Below are positions 11,808 through 34,101 of a DNA stretch of 64,000 bases, in pieces (positions within the stretch are counted from its first letter, which is position 1; every line of letters starts with the position of its first letter). Source of the stretch: Macrostomum lignano (lineage: Eukaryota). The notes beneath the pieces are model-generated. The model was given only the letters and a program-made list of their open reading frames with translations, ran no database searches and had not been told where the DNA came from. The DNA is taken from contig NIVC01001206.1 of the NCBI GenBank assembly GCA_002269645.1, positions 109,850 to 173,849 on the forward strand. The letters run 5' to 3'. The translations under genes were made by a program, and so were the position numbers.

Positions 11808-14253
11808 AGACTGACATAGGAGCTGAACTGACAATGACACTGAACTGACATTGGAGCTGAACTGACATTGGAGCTGAACTGACATTGGAGCTGAACTGAC
11901 ATTGGAGCTGAACTGACATTGGAGCTGAAGTGACATTGGAGCTGAACTGACATTGGAGCTGAACTGACATTGAAGCTGAACTGACATTGGAGCTGAACTG
12001 ACAATGACACTGAACTGATATTGGAGCTGAACTGACAATGGAGCTGAACTGACATTGGAGCTGAACTGACATTGGAGCTGAACTGACAATGACACTGAAC
12101 TGATATTGGAGCTGAACTGACATTGGAGCTGAACTGATATTGGAGCTGAACTGACATTGGAGCTGAACTGACATTGGAGCTCAACTGACAATGACACTGA
12201 ACTGATATTGGAGCTGAACTGACAATGGAGCTGAACTGACATTGGAGCTGAACTGACATTGGAGCTGAACTGACAATGACACTGAACTGATATTGGAGCT
12301 GAACTGACATTGGAGCTGAACTGACATTGGAGCTGAACTGACAATGACACTGAACTGATATTGGAGCTGAACTGACAATGGAGCTGAACTGACATTGGAG
12401 CTGAACTGACATTGGAGCTGAACTGACATTGGAGCTGAACTGACATTGGAGCTGAACTGACAATGACACTGAACTGATATTGGAGCTGAACTGACAATGG
12501 AGCTGAACTGACATTGGAGCTGAACTGACATTGGAGCTGAACTGACATTGGAGCTGAACTGACATTGGAGCTGAACTGACATTGGAGCTGAACTGACAAT
12601 GACACTGAACTGATATTGGAGCTGAACTGACATTGGAGCTGAACTGACATTGGAGCTGAACTGACAATGACACTGAACTGATATTGGAGCTGAACTGACA
12701 ATGGAGCTGAACTGACATTGGAGCTGAACTGACATTGGAGCTGAACTGACATTGGAGCTGAACTGACATTGGAGCTGAACTGACAATGACACTGAACTGA
12801 TATTGGAGCTGAACTGACAATGACACTGAACTGACATTGGAGCTGAACTGACAATGGAGCTGAACTGACATTGGAGCTGAACTGACAATGGAGCTGAACT
12901 GACATTGGAGCTGAACTGACATTGGAGCTGAACTGACATTGGAGCTGAACTGACATTGGAGCTGAACTGACAATGGAGCTGAACTGACATTGGAGCTGAA
13001 CTGACATTGGAGCTGAACTGACATTGGAGCTGAACTGACATTGAGCTGAACTGACATTGGAGCTGAACTGACAATGACACTGAACTGATATTGGAGCTGA
13101 ACTGACATTGGAGCTGAACTGACATTGGAGCTGAACTGACATTGGAGCTGAACTGACAATGACACTGAACTGATATTGGAGCTGAACTGACATTGGAGCT
13201 GAACTGACATTGGAGCTGAACTGACAATGACACTGAACTGATATTGGAGCTGAACTGACATTGGAGCTGAACTGACATTGGAGCTGAACTGACAATGACA
13301 CTGAACTGATATTGGAGCTGAACTGACAATGGAGCTGAACTGACATTGGAGCTGAACTGACATTGGAGCTGAACTGACATTGGAGCTGAACTGACATTGG
13401 AGCTGAACTGACAATGACACTGAACTGATATTGGAGCTGAACTGACAATGGAGCTGAACTGACATTGGAGCTGAACTGACATTGGAGCTGAACTGACATT
13501 GGAGCTGAACTGACAATGACACTGAACTGATATTGGAGCTGAACTGACAATGGAGCTGAACTGACATTGGAGCTGAACTGACATTGGAGCTGAACTGACA
13601 TTGGAGCTGAACTGACAATGACACTGAACTGATATTGGAGCTGAACTGACATTGGAGCTGAACTGACATTGGAGCTGAACTGACAATGACACTGAACTGA
13701 TATTGGAGCTGAACTGATATTGGAGCTGAACTGACATTGGAGCTGAACTGACATTGGAGCTGAACTGACAATGACACTGAACTGATATTGGAGCTGAACT
13801 GACATTGGAGCTGAACTGACATTGGAGCTGAACTGACAATGACACTGAACTGATATTGGAGCTGAACTGACATTGGAGCTGAACTGACATTGGAGCTGAA
13901 CTGATAATGACACTGAACTGATATTGGAGCTGAACTGACAATGACACTGAACTGACATTGGAGCTGAACTGACAATGACACTGAACTGACATTGGAGCTG
14001 AACTGACAATGACACTGAACTGACATGGGAGCTGAACTGACATGGGAGCTGAACTGACATTGGAGCTGAACTGACATTGGAGCTGAACTGACATTGGAGC
14101 TGAACTGACATTGGAGCTGAACTGACATTGGAGCTGAACTGACATTGGAGCTGAACTGACATTGGAGCTGAACTGACATTGGAGCTGAACTGACATTGGA
14201 GCTGAACTGACATTGGAGCTGAACTGACATTGGAGCTGAACTGACAATGACAC
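11808..14253. repeat. 17-bp satellite (ctgacattggagctgaa with variants such as ctgacaatgacactgaa)
   Basis: About 140 monomers in a mosaic of four variant types. Confidence 0.97.
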
Positions 14254-15000
14254 TAGAGAAGAGAATAGAGAAGAGTATAGAGAGATGAGATGGGAGAGAT
14301 GAGAAGAGAATTGAGCTAGTTTACTCCAATGGTTATTGAGTACATGAAGAAAAAGTCCATCTTCATAGGAACTGAAATACCGAGAGTTTTTCAGTGAATA
14401 ATTCAAACCTTTCAGAAGCAATTATTGACTTGTCTTAACCGCGTTCTCCGTAATTCTACTGTTGTATTGACCTGGATTCAAGAGAACCTCGAAGGGATCT
14501 CCAAGTTGGCCCAAATCGCCTTTCTGACGATGAGAATTTTCTTAATTATAACATTTGCTGTTTTTGTGGGAACTTGGCAATTATTTTGTGAATTTCTATT
14601 TATTTGCAACTCGACTTTTTTGTGATTGGAGAGAAATGGAAAAAATATGAAATAAACTTTCTTTTCGTTCCTCGATTTTTTAATGCAAGACAACCCTAAA
14701 AAAATTCTGACACCTGCCTTCGGGCCTCAGAAGCTGCCATGATTAAACACGCAGAGTTGACCCGGTGCGCTTTATCTAAGTTGGCACTGTTTTTTGGCTG
14801 GACTGGTGGGGGCGGTCGGGGCAACAAAAACATGTCACTGATAAGTCTGACAGTTATTTACGATGCGGCAGAAGTTCGTTCTCGAGTCCGCGGCTTTGCT
14901 GAGTCCTCAGGCAACAGGATCAAGAGTTGGCTCAGACTCAGGGGTACTCAGAATTACAGTACTTGCTCACACGTGACTAAGGATATTCTTCGAAGTAAAT

Positions 15001-16286
15001 ACTGTCACTGAACTGACAATAAACTGTCACTGAACTGACAATAAACTGTAACTGAACTGACAATAAACTGTCACTGAGCTGACAATAAACTGTCACTGAA
15101 CTGACAATAAACTGTCACTGAACTGACAATAAACTGTCACTGAACTGACAATAAACTGTCACTGAACTGACGATAAACTGTCACTGAGCTGACAATAAAC
15201 TGTCACTGAACTGACAATAAACTGTCACTGAACTGACAATAAACTGTCACTGACTGACAATAAACTGTCACTGACTGTCACTGAACTGACAATAAACTGT
15301 CACTGAACTGACAATAAACTGTCACTGAACTGACAATAAACTGTCACTGAACTGACAATAAACTGTCACTGAACTGACAATAGACTGTCACTGAGCTGAC
15401 AATAGACTGTCACTGAACTGACAATAAACTGTCACTGAACTGACAATAGACTGTCACTGAACTGACAATAAACTGTCACTAAACTGTCAATAAACTGTCA
15501 CTAAACTGTCAATAAACTGTCACTGAACTGACAATAAACTGTCACTAAACTGTCAATAAACTGTCACTGAACTGACAATAAACTGTCACTAAACTGTCAA
15601 TAAACTGTCACTAAACTGTCAATAAACTGTCACTAAACTGTCAATAAACTGTCACTGAACTGACAATAGACTGTCACTGAACTGACAATAAACTGTCACT
15701 GAACTGACAATAAACTGTCACTGAACTGACAATAAACTGTCACTGAACTGACAATAAACTGTCACTGAACTGACAATAAACTGTCACTGAACTGACAATA
15801 GACTGTCACTGAACTGACAATAAACTGTCACTGAACTGACAATAGACTGTCACTGAACTGACAATAAACTGTCACTAAACTGTCAATAAACTGTCACTAA
15901 ACTGTCAATAAACTGTCACTGAACTGACAATAAACTGTCACTAAACTGTCAATAAACTGTCACTGAACTGACAATAAACTGTCACTGAACTGACAATAAA
16001 CTGTCACTAAACTGTCAATAAACTGTCACTGAACTGACAATAAACTGTCACTGAACTGACAATAGACTGTCACTGAACTGACAATAGACTGTCACTGAAC
16101 TGACAATAAACTGTCACTGAACTGACAATAGACTGTCACTGAACTGACAATAAACTGTCACTGAACTGACAAAAAACTGTCACTGAACTGTCAACATACT
16201 GTCACTGAACTGTCAACATACTGTCACTGAACTGTCAACATACTGTCACTGAACTGACAATAAAATGTCAGTAAACTGTCACTGAG
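15001..16286. repeat. 22-bp satellite (ctgtcactgaactgacaataaa)
   Basis: About 58 copies; each monomer contains TGTCA-N6-TGACA. Confidence 0.97.
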
Positions 16287-17521
16287 CCGGTTTTGAATAT
16301 AGATGGTCAAATTTTATTAGCTCTCAAGCTTTAGTATAAATAAAATCGATTTTTATCATACATACGAGCAAAAACAAACCAGATGTTTCTATAATCCATC
16401 AGAGGCTTTGGCAGCAGGGATTATCTTCTTGGATAGCAGATGATATCAAGGCGACACGCGAAGGCAAAGCAGGGTGCTAATTAGGTTTCGCTGTTTCCAG
16501 TGCAATGCCTCTAAAAATAGAGCATAGATATAGTAGATCGATATCTGCTTTCAGGGCTGGCATTAATTTGCCTTCTGTAAAGCCAACTGCACTACTGAGT
16601 AAAGTAGAGTAACTTGCATTTTTTGTCTATTATAGAAATTCTAAAATCGATCTGTCGATTGATTTTGTCTGATAGAATCTAGCGGGAATAGAATCTAATC
16701 TATCTGATCTATCTGATAGCCAGCAAGGACTAGGGGGGGGGGTCTATTTCTTTCAGCGCAAAAGCAGCAACAGCAGCAGAAGAAGAAAGAAAACTTGCAG
16801 AGATTCGGAGCCAAGAAAGCAAGAGACGGAGAAGTGAGGAAACACACAGAAACACAGAGACAGACAGAGAGAAGTTTCTACGAAGCAAACATTGCGATTG
16901 AAAGTGACGGTCTGTCAGCTTCATGTGCCCCCCCCCCCAGGCAGCATCTCATGGGGTCTGCGCCAAAGCCAGTGCAGCTCTCTCTTAGTTTCTGTTTAAT
17001 CAAGTTTTAGATGAGAAAGAAGAAATTGGTGCCTGATCTTCTTTTAGCAGAATATTTTGCTTCTTATGCCCAACTTTTGCTTCTATGGAACCTCGAAAGC
17101 AAAGTGTGATATGATTATTGATTATCATATACAACATTTAAACACAACTTTAACTGTATTCTTTTGTCTAAAATGTTTTGATTGACATTTTTACAATTTA
17201 GGATTGTCACGGCGGACCAGCTAAAAGGTTTCTTAATGGGTGGGAGATCGGTTCGATCCGGCAGGTGCGCTCGTAGCTGATGAACGGCTCAAACAAAAAT
17301 GCATTCCGATCGAAATTCGCATTGTTGCTTTCAAATTGTGCTTGGCTAAAAGCAGGTAAAGCTTTTTGGCTTGTTTTTTATCCATTGATCCTTGTTAGAT
17401 GGCTAGATAAAAAATTAAAACATGTTGCCGACAAGTAACCAGTTAGACAAGGCTCGACTGTCACACAAAAGGAATACATAGAAGTCAAACTAGGGGCAGT
17501 GAGAAGTGATAGCTGGGTCGG

Positions 17522-18362
17522 ATGAGCAGACACTACAGATGAGCAGACACTGCACATGAGAACACACCGCAGATGAGCAGACACTGCACATGAGCAGACA
17601 CTGCACATGAGAACACACCGCAGATGAGCAGACACTGCACATGAGCAGACACTGCACATGAGCAGACACTGCACATGAGCAGACACTGCACATGAGCAGA
17701 CACTGCACATGAGAACACACCGCAGATGAGCAGACACTGCACATGAGCAGACACTGCACATGAGCAGACACTGCACATGAGCAGACACTGCAGATGAGCA
17801 GACACTGCAGATGAGCAGACACTGCAGATGAGAACACACCGCAGATGAGCAGACACTGCACATGAGAACACACCGCAAATGAGCAGATACCGCAGATGAG
17901 CAGACACTGCAGATGAGCAGACACTGCAGATGAGCAGACACTGCAGATGAGCAGACACTGCAGATGAGCAGACACTGCAGATGAGAACACACCACAGATG
18001 AGCAGACACTGCACATGAGAACACACCACAGATGAGCAGGCACTGCACATGAGCAGACACTGCACATGAGCAGACACTGCACATGAGAACACACCGCAGA
18101 TGAGCAGACACTGCAGATGAGCAGACACTGCAGATGAGCAGACACTGCAGATGAGAACACACCACAGATGAGCAGACACTGCACATGAGAACACACCACA
18201 GATGAGCAGGCACTGCACATGAGCAGACACTGCACATGAGCAGACACTGCACATGAGAACACACCGCAGATGAGCAGACACTGCACATGAGCAGACACTG
18301 CTGATGAGAACACACCACACATGAGCAGGCACTGCACATGAGAACACACCGCAAATGAGCAG
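17522..18362. repeat. 17-bp satellite (agatgagcagacactgc / acatgagaacacaccgc)
   Basis: About 49 variant monomers. Confidence 0.95.
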
Positions 18363-18405
18363 ATAGTTTAGATAATTTATAGCAAACTATATATCTTATT
18401 TGTAG

Positions 18406-18712
18406 AATCGGGCATCGCATGCCTTCCCCATTCTGGTTAACAAGGATTCCGACTGGAGTGCACTGTCAATACTGTACACTGAGTGCCAGGATTGTGAGTG
18501 ACAGCGGGACAGCGCGAGCTAAGATACTATTCACAGGCATCGGTCATACCAATGAAGGTTATTGGCGGTCTGAAGTGCTAATTATGCAGCAGAGTAAGTC
18601 CAAGATTTGTTTCCATCTCTAACTTTCTCTGTTTGGCCTGACTTCTCTGCCTGTCTGTCCCGCCTGCAGACACAACAGTGTTAATGGCAGACACTCCAGT
18701 ACTGCAGCAGGG
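18406..18712 (+). CDS. Two candidate small exons (18406-18493, 18670-18712) of an unidentified gene
   Basis: Consensus splice sites (tttgtag/gtgagt, ctgcag/gtgagt) and compatible phases give NRASHAFPILVNKDSDWSALSILYTECQDYTTVLMADTPVLQQG; no family recognised. Confidence 0.25.
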
Positions 18713-18884
18713 GTGAGTTTATGTCCGACTACAGTCATTGTCAGCGCCTAAATTCTCACACCATTTCTGACCCCTTCCCTGACCTGTTCACCCTGACATT
18801 CATTGTGCATCCCGACAAACTGCTGGTCTATCTGACAGTAATAGCTATGGTCAAGCTGATACAATTCCTGGTGAATCTGACACA

Positions 18885-20152
18885 ATTCAGACAATTCTGA
18901 CACAATTGATCACAATCATGATCAATCTGACACAGTCATGATTAATCTGACACAGTCATGATCAATCTGGCATAGTCATGATCAATCTGACACAGTCATG
19001 ATCAATCTGACACAGTCATGATCAATCTGACACATTCATGATCAATCTGACACAGTCATGATCAATCTGACACAGTCATGATCAATCTGACACAGTCATG
19101 ATCAATCTGACACAGTCATGATCAATCTGACACAGTCATGATCAATCTGACACAGTCATGATCAATCTGACACAGTCATGATCAATCTGACACAGTCATG
19201 ATCAATCTGACACAGTCATGATCAATCTGACACAGTCATGATCAATCTGACACAGTCATGATCAATCTGACACAGTCATGATCAATCTGACACAGTCATG
19301 ATCAATCTGACACAGTCATGATCAATCTGACACAGTCATGATCAATCTGACACAGTCATGATCAATCTGACACATTCATGATCAATCTGACACAGTCATG
19401 ATCAATCTGACACAGTCATGATCAATCTGACACAGTCATGATCAATCTGACACAGTCATGATCAATCTGACACAGTCATGATCAATCTGACACAGTCATG
19501 ATCAATCTGACACAGTCATGATCAATCTGACACAGTCATGATCAATCTGACACAGTCATGATCAATCTGACACAGTCATGATCAATCTGACACAGTCATG
19601 ATCAATCTGACACAGTCATGATCAATCTGACACAGTCATGATCAATCTGACACAGTCATGATCAATCTGACACAGTCATGATCAATCTGACACAGTCATG
19701 ATCAATCTGACACAGTCATGATTAATCTGACACAGTCATGATTAATCTGACACAGTCATGATCAATCTGACACAGTCATGATCAATCTGACACAGTCATG
19801 ATCAATCTGACACAGTCATGATCAATCTGACACAGTCATGATCAATCTGACACAGTCATGATCAATCTGACACAGTCATGATTAATCTGACACAGTCATG
19901 ATCAATCTGACATAGTCATGATCAATCTGACACAGTCATGATCAATCTGACACAGTCATGATTAATCTGACACAGTCATGATCAATCTGACACAGTCATG
20001 ATCAATCTGACACAGTCATGATCAATCTGACACAGTCATGATCAATCTGACACAGTCATGATCAATCTGACACAGTCATGATCAATCTGACACAGTCATG
20101 ATCAATCTGACACATTCATGATCAATCTGACACAGTTATGATCAATCTGACA
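18885..20152. repeat. 20-bp satellite (atcaatctgacacagtcatg)
   Basis: About 62 nearly identical copies. Confidence 0.97.
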
Positions 20153-20647
20153 GTTCCAGTTTAACTACATTTCTGTTTTGCATCAAATCGAGTTCAGTAG
20201 TGGGAGAATGAAAAATGAAAATTCAGAAATTCACTCCTTTCGCTCAACCTGTACCCCTCACCCCCCAGTACATTTTATTTCATCACGCAAGCTTCAGCTG
20301 TGAGAGGCGAGAGCAACGGCAGCTAAACAATGCAAACAATACCCGCCTATCTTATCGCCTATGCTACTTACTACCACTGAATGAGCTTCTGTCACGTACA
20401 GGGTGCAAGATAAATAAAATATGCATAGGCACGTATTGAAGGACAAGAAGGGCCATGTTTTGCTTGGCATTTGAAATTCTCACGCTTGAGGTGCAAAATA
20501 AATATTCTTATGCTTTTAGGGTTCTCTGATTGTGTACACTTAATGTAGAACATAACTACCATGTACTGCTGCATCATGCTTATATCATTAGGTTTTTATA
20601 TGCGCTCGCAGTAAAAGTTTAATTTGCTAAGAAAGAAGTTTAAATTT

Positions 20648-21050
20648 CTGTACAGTGAACGTGAGGTGGGCGTCAGAATGGGCTTTCAATGTACATTGGG
20701 AGTCAGGTGGGTGCTAGATGGTGGTTTTAATGTACATTTGGAGTGAGGTGGGTGCTATTCTGAGGCTTCAATGTACATTAGTAGTGAGTGGATGTTAGAA
20801 TGGGGTTTCAGTGTACACTGGGAGTGAGGTGGATGCTGGAATTGGGTTTCAATGTACATTGGTAGTGAGGTGGATGTTAGAATGGGGTTTCAGTGTACAC
20901 TGGGAGTGAGGTGGATGCTTGAATTGGGTTTCAGTGTACATTGGGAGTCAGGTAGATGCTAGAATGGGGTTTAAGTGTACACTTGGAGTGAGGTGGATGC
21001 TGAAATTGGGTTTCAATGTACATTGGGAGTCAGGTGGATGCTAGAATGGG
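20648..21050. repeat. Degenerate ~40-bp minisatellite (tcaatgtacattgggagtcaggtggatgctagaatgggtt)
   Basis: About 10 diverged copies. Confidence 0.85.
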
Positions 21051-21833
21051 TTTTTAAAGTACAGAGGGAGTAAGATCTTCAGTAAAACTAAATTCAAAAG
21101 TGCGTACAAGTACGGCACAAGGATACAGACGAATTTCGAGTATGAAAGATTTTTGTCTAATGTAGATAAAACAACACTAAAAGCAGCAATAGGAAAGAAA
21201 CAAGCTAGAATTCGATCATTTAAGTATGAAGTGCACACACATTGAGAGATGGCGGCTAAGAGGCTGAGCCATCGCAGCTGTAGGTAAGGGGCAGGTACAC
21301 AGACGCGAGTGACTTTACTCTAGAAATTCCTGCACACTGCAGCCGGGTGGCGCAGTGCTGAGCAAACAGACGCCTGCCTGGCCTCTTTACTCTGCCGGCG
21401 CACCCCCTCCCCCTGCTTTAACAAATTTTCATCGCGAGATTTTGCGATTAGTTCGCGGATTTATATTTTGTTTCAACTCGGCTTTAGCGTTACCCTCGAT
21501 TGCTCACAATAGGCCTAGGCGGAATGATTAAGATTAGGGTCGAGCTGATGGGGAGCTGGTGGGGGATATGGCCGCCATCTGGCGTCTTGGGCTTGCTGGG
21601 AAGAGGCAAGGAGATCCTGAGCCAGAACTTGGAGTGGAAACTCTTTCACAAGCCTTAATTGTCTGAAAACTTTTGTTTTTCGCAATTTTAAACTAGACTT
21701 CAAAATGTTTCTTTGATGTTTGTCTAAACAATTATGAAGACGAATTTATTATCCAGCTTTAAACTGAGATTAACTTTACTTTAAAATAATCCATTTAAAC
21801 AAAGAGAAATTATGATAAATTTAGTAAAACGTT

Positions 21834-22514
21834 AGGAGAGAGGAGAGAGAATAGAGAAGACAGGCGAGATATATGAAAAGGAGAGACGAGGGAATAAAAG
21901 AGAGAAGAAATAAAAAGGATAGGAGGGAGAGAGGAGAGAAAGAAGAGGAGAGAAGAGAGAAGAGAAAGGAGAGGAGAGGAGAGGGGAGAGAAAGGAGAGG
22001 AGAGGAGAGGGTAGAGAAAGGAGAGGAGAGGAGAGAGGAGAGAAAGGAGAGAAGAGGAGAGGAGAGAAAGGAGGGAAGAGGAGAGGGGAGAGAAAGGAGA
22101 GGAGAGGAGAGGGGAGAGAAAGGAGAGGAGAGGAGAGGGTAGAGAAAGGAGAGGAGAGGAGAGAGGAGAGAAAGGAGAGAAGAGGAGAGGAGAGGAGAGG
22201 GTAGAGAAAGGAGAGGAGAGGAGAGAGGAGAGAAAGGAGAGAAGAGGAGAGGAGAGAAAGGAGACGAGAGGAGAGGAGAGAAAGGAGAGGGGAGGAGAGG
22301 AGAGAAAGGAGACGAGAGGAGAGGAGAGAAAGGAGACGAGAGGAGAGGAGAGAAAGGAGACGAGAGGAGAGGAGAGAAAGGAGAGGATAGGAGAGAGGAG
22401 AGAGGAGAGAAAGGAGAGAAAAGGAGAGGAGAGAAAAGAGAAGAGAGTGAAGATCAGACAGAAGGGAGCTGAGAAGAGATAAACATTAAGCTGCCCGGAG
22501 TTTGCTGACCCCTG
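21834..22514 (-). mobile_element. Partial hAT-like non-autonomous element with an expanded AG-rich tract
   Basis: Ends in ggagtttgctgacccctg (22514), homologous to the termini at 33008, 35085 and 46546; preceded by gctgagaagagataaacattaag as in the other copies. Confidence 0.5.
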
Positions 22515-23039
22515 CTTTAAACTGAAGAACTGAACAGTTGTCTGACAACGGGGCGAGGGGGGCTCCCACTCCAGACTCTGCTTCCGGAACTCCCGGAAGA
22601 GGAGGGGGAATATCGGGGATTCGCGAGGTTTTTTTCTGCTTCCTTCCGGGACCAACCCGGTCCGAAATCTGCTCCTGATATTTTCCGGTCTCATTGCCAG
22701 CTTAGCGAGGAATCTGAGCTATTGCCCCAATTCGAGTAATATTGCCGGGTTCAAGCTTAATGAAGCACAAACTGCAAAGCCACCGCTATATGGCCTCTTT
22801 AATTATTCTTTACGCTTTTTTCGATGCAACGGGCAGCAAAGTTTCTTGGAAAAAAGCAAATAGAAAAATAAGGGCTTTGGGGAGACGCCTGACCGGGGAA
22901 GCCATCCGTCATGTCCCGGTCGCTTTTTGCCTCTCTCCCCTTTTCCTCTCACTGTTGCTCAGCGTATGCCCCACTGTGCTGGGGCTTCATAGGGTCGATT
23001 GAAAACTCTGTGACTGAGTTTCTGGCTGTTTAAGAGCCC

Positions 23040-23421
23040 TCTACCCCTCGCCCTCTCCCTCCTCGCCCTCTCCCTCCTCCCCCTCTCCCTCCTCTCCCTC
23101 TCCTCCTCGCCCTCTCCCTCCTCGCCCTCTCCCTCCTCGCCCTCTCCCTCCTCGCCCTCTCCCTCCTCGCCCTCTCCCTCCTCGCCCTCTCCCTCCTCGC
23201 CCTCTCCCTCCTCGCCCTCTCCCTCCTCGCCCTCTCCCTCCTCGCCCTCTCCCTCCTCGCCCTCTCCCTCCTCGCCCTCTCCCTCCTCGCCCTCTCCCTC
23301 CTCGCCCTCTCCCTCCTCGCCCTCTCCCTCCTCGCCCTCTCCCTCCTCGCCCTCTCCCTCCTCGCCCTCTCCCTCCTCGCCCTCTCCCTCCTCGCCCTCT
23401 CCCTCCTCGCCCACTCCCTCT
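23040..23421. repeat. 15-bp pyrimidine repeat (ccctctccctcctcg)
   Basis: About 25 copies. Confidence 0.95.
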
Positions 23422-24244
23422 TCGCGAGCAAATATACACACAGCAAATCTGCGATTGAAAATTGCTAAATCATGCGTCATCAATTTTCCCTAAGCGTCTT
23501 TCTTAAATATCGAGAATGTACATACCGCATGTTGACCTACATGAAAATATCTGCAGTGAAAAAAATGGGAGAGAGTAGAGCAGAGAGAGTAGGTGCACTA
23601 GCACAGTCACTATCTTGTGCTCGGGTGAGGGTGGCCTCGGAGCTCGCAAAGCGGATTGGTTAGGCATAGCCGGTTATAACTGCAATATGGCATGAAAATT
23701 CTTAGGGCTGATAAACCCGAAATCTCGAGTTCTTTCCGCTGTGCGGCTCAGGCGAATTGTCTACCGCGCGAATCTCCAGTTCAAGAGCGCTCCAATTACG
23801 CCGCCTATAACAATTTGGCTTCCGCTGATTTAAAAGGGTTCAGTGGAGGCTGCTTCTCGGCAGCTCAGAACATCTTTGGATACTTTGAAAAGTCAGGTAA
23901 GATCATTGCTTTAAGCTTAAATCAGGACAGGAATTAGTCTTGGGGCTGCGCCCACCCCTCGCCAGCAGCAGAGGAGCTCGCGAGAGTGGCGTCTGCGATC
24001 TTCATCGGGCTGCAATCCCGGGCGAACGCGCGTAGCTTACGATCCTGTCCGGGGTGGTCAGCCTCCGCGCTTCGTTGAAGTGACCTGATGCCAACGCTGT
24101 TTCTTATCCGTAAGCGTTCCCCTTTCGGGGTGACGTTTACGATGGTTAATGACCGGTCGGGCACCGCCCCGTTTGCGCTCGCTCCCTTGCTTTGTCCACT
24201 TTGTGCTCCTAGTGTACTTCTCTCTCCCTCCATCTGCGCCCTCT

Positions 24245-24450
24245 CGTCTCTCTCCGTCTCTCTGCCCCGTGCACACCCACCTCCCTCTCCGTCTCTCTGC
24301 CCCGTGCACACCCACCTCCCTCTCCGTCTCTCTGCCCCGTGCACACCCACCTCCCTCTCCGTCTCTCTTCTCCGTGCACACCCACCTCCCTCTCCGTCTC
24401 TCTTCTCCGTGCATACCCACCTCCCTCTCCGTCTCTCTGCCCCGTGCACA
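24245..24450. repeat. 35-bp minisatellite (ccgtgcacacccacctccctctccgtctctctgcc)
   Basis: About 6 copies. Confidence 0.9.
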
Positions 24451-25446
24451 TAGACCACATTGATCATGTTGAGGATCGCTAGGTTTTTCAAGCTTCTGAA
24501 ACAGCATGAAACTGATTCGGTTAATAGCTTGGTAGATGGTGCATCTCCAACCTGATATCAATATTTTAAAATGAAACCTGAATCTTCAGCAAAACCATTG
24601 AGTCACTAGAACCAGTTTAGCACGAACAAAGCCGTAATTTTTTGTCTGGTCAAGCATTTTCTGTGAAAAAAATCAGGGAAAAAATCATTGGGAGTCCGGA
24701 AAATCAGAGGCACTAATCCTGGCCGATAGGAGAATCTGGAGGATTTTAATTATGTCTGCCTTAAAAAAAGACGCTAAGAAGGCCAGTTTTCGTGCTCCCA
24801 GTCGGACTCAACAGGCTTTGGAATTCCTCCACCATTCCCTTTGGGAATTCGGTAAGTTTCGGCGCATCCATTCGAAAGCTCGAAAACAACGAAAGACGCA
24901 AAGAAAATAGCAGCGAGGCAAATCGAATCAGAAGGACGCTTTCTGACACCTCGCCACGAGAAATGATTAGGATTGAAGCAGCAGCCTCCTGGCCGCTGGG
25001 GGGGGGGGTAGAACTCCCAGCAACCCTCCCATTGGGCAGCTGGAGACAGAAACGAACCCATAAATATTGCAAGCTCTCTCCCTTCTCGCTCTCCCCAAAC
25101 GACATCTGGGCATTGATTTCCCCGATTCCCTCCCAGATACCGACTTGAAACAGCGACAGGAGCGGCTAAAATTAGTGTAAAAACACCGTCAGACAGGCCC
25201 CTCTTCTCTTGTAATAAAAGACCGGGCAAGTGGCCGCTAAAGCCAGAGATTTCCAGCGGGCAGTGACAGCTTCTTCACCCTCAGGCAACGGTAAGATTCA
25301 TTGCTCCCCGGAAAGAAAATAACAGGGCCCGAGTGGCGTCTCATTTCTCACACTGGCCTGTCGCCAGCTTCAGAGAGAAATGACTAGGTGCGTGAAAGCG
25401 ACTTGTTTTATCCAACAGATTCCTCATCCTCATTGCCAGCCTCCGC

Positions 25447-34101
<8,655 letters not shown>

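Noticed and set aside
11553-14421. Very long ORFs (746-886 aa, MSVQLQCQFSSNVSSAP repeats)
   Set aside because: Translations of a 17-bp satellite lacking stop codons on one strand; all three frames give the same peptide
16755-16900. Charged, coiled-coil-like open frame after a good acceptor (AKAATAAEEERKLAEIRSQ..)
   Set aside because: No convincing donor or link to other exons and no recognisable family
17378-18420. Cys/His-rich ORFs resembling metallothionein or zinc-finger proteins
   Set aside because: They are readings of a 17-bp satellite in all frames
22959-23483. RGG-box, EGEE and RERARR ORFs
   Set aside because: Products of a 15-bp pyrimidine repeat with no flanking coding context
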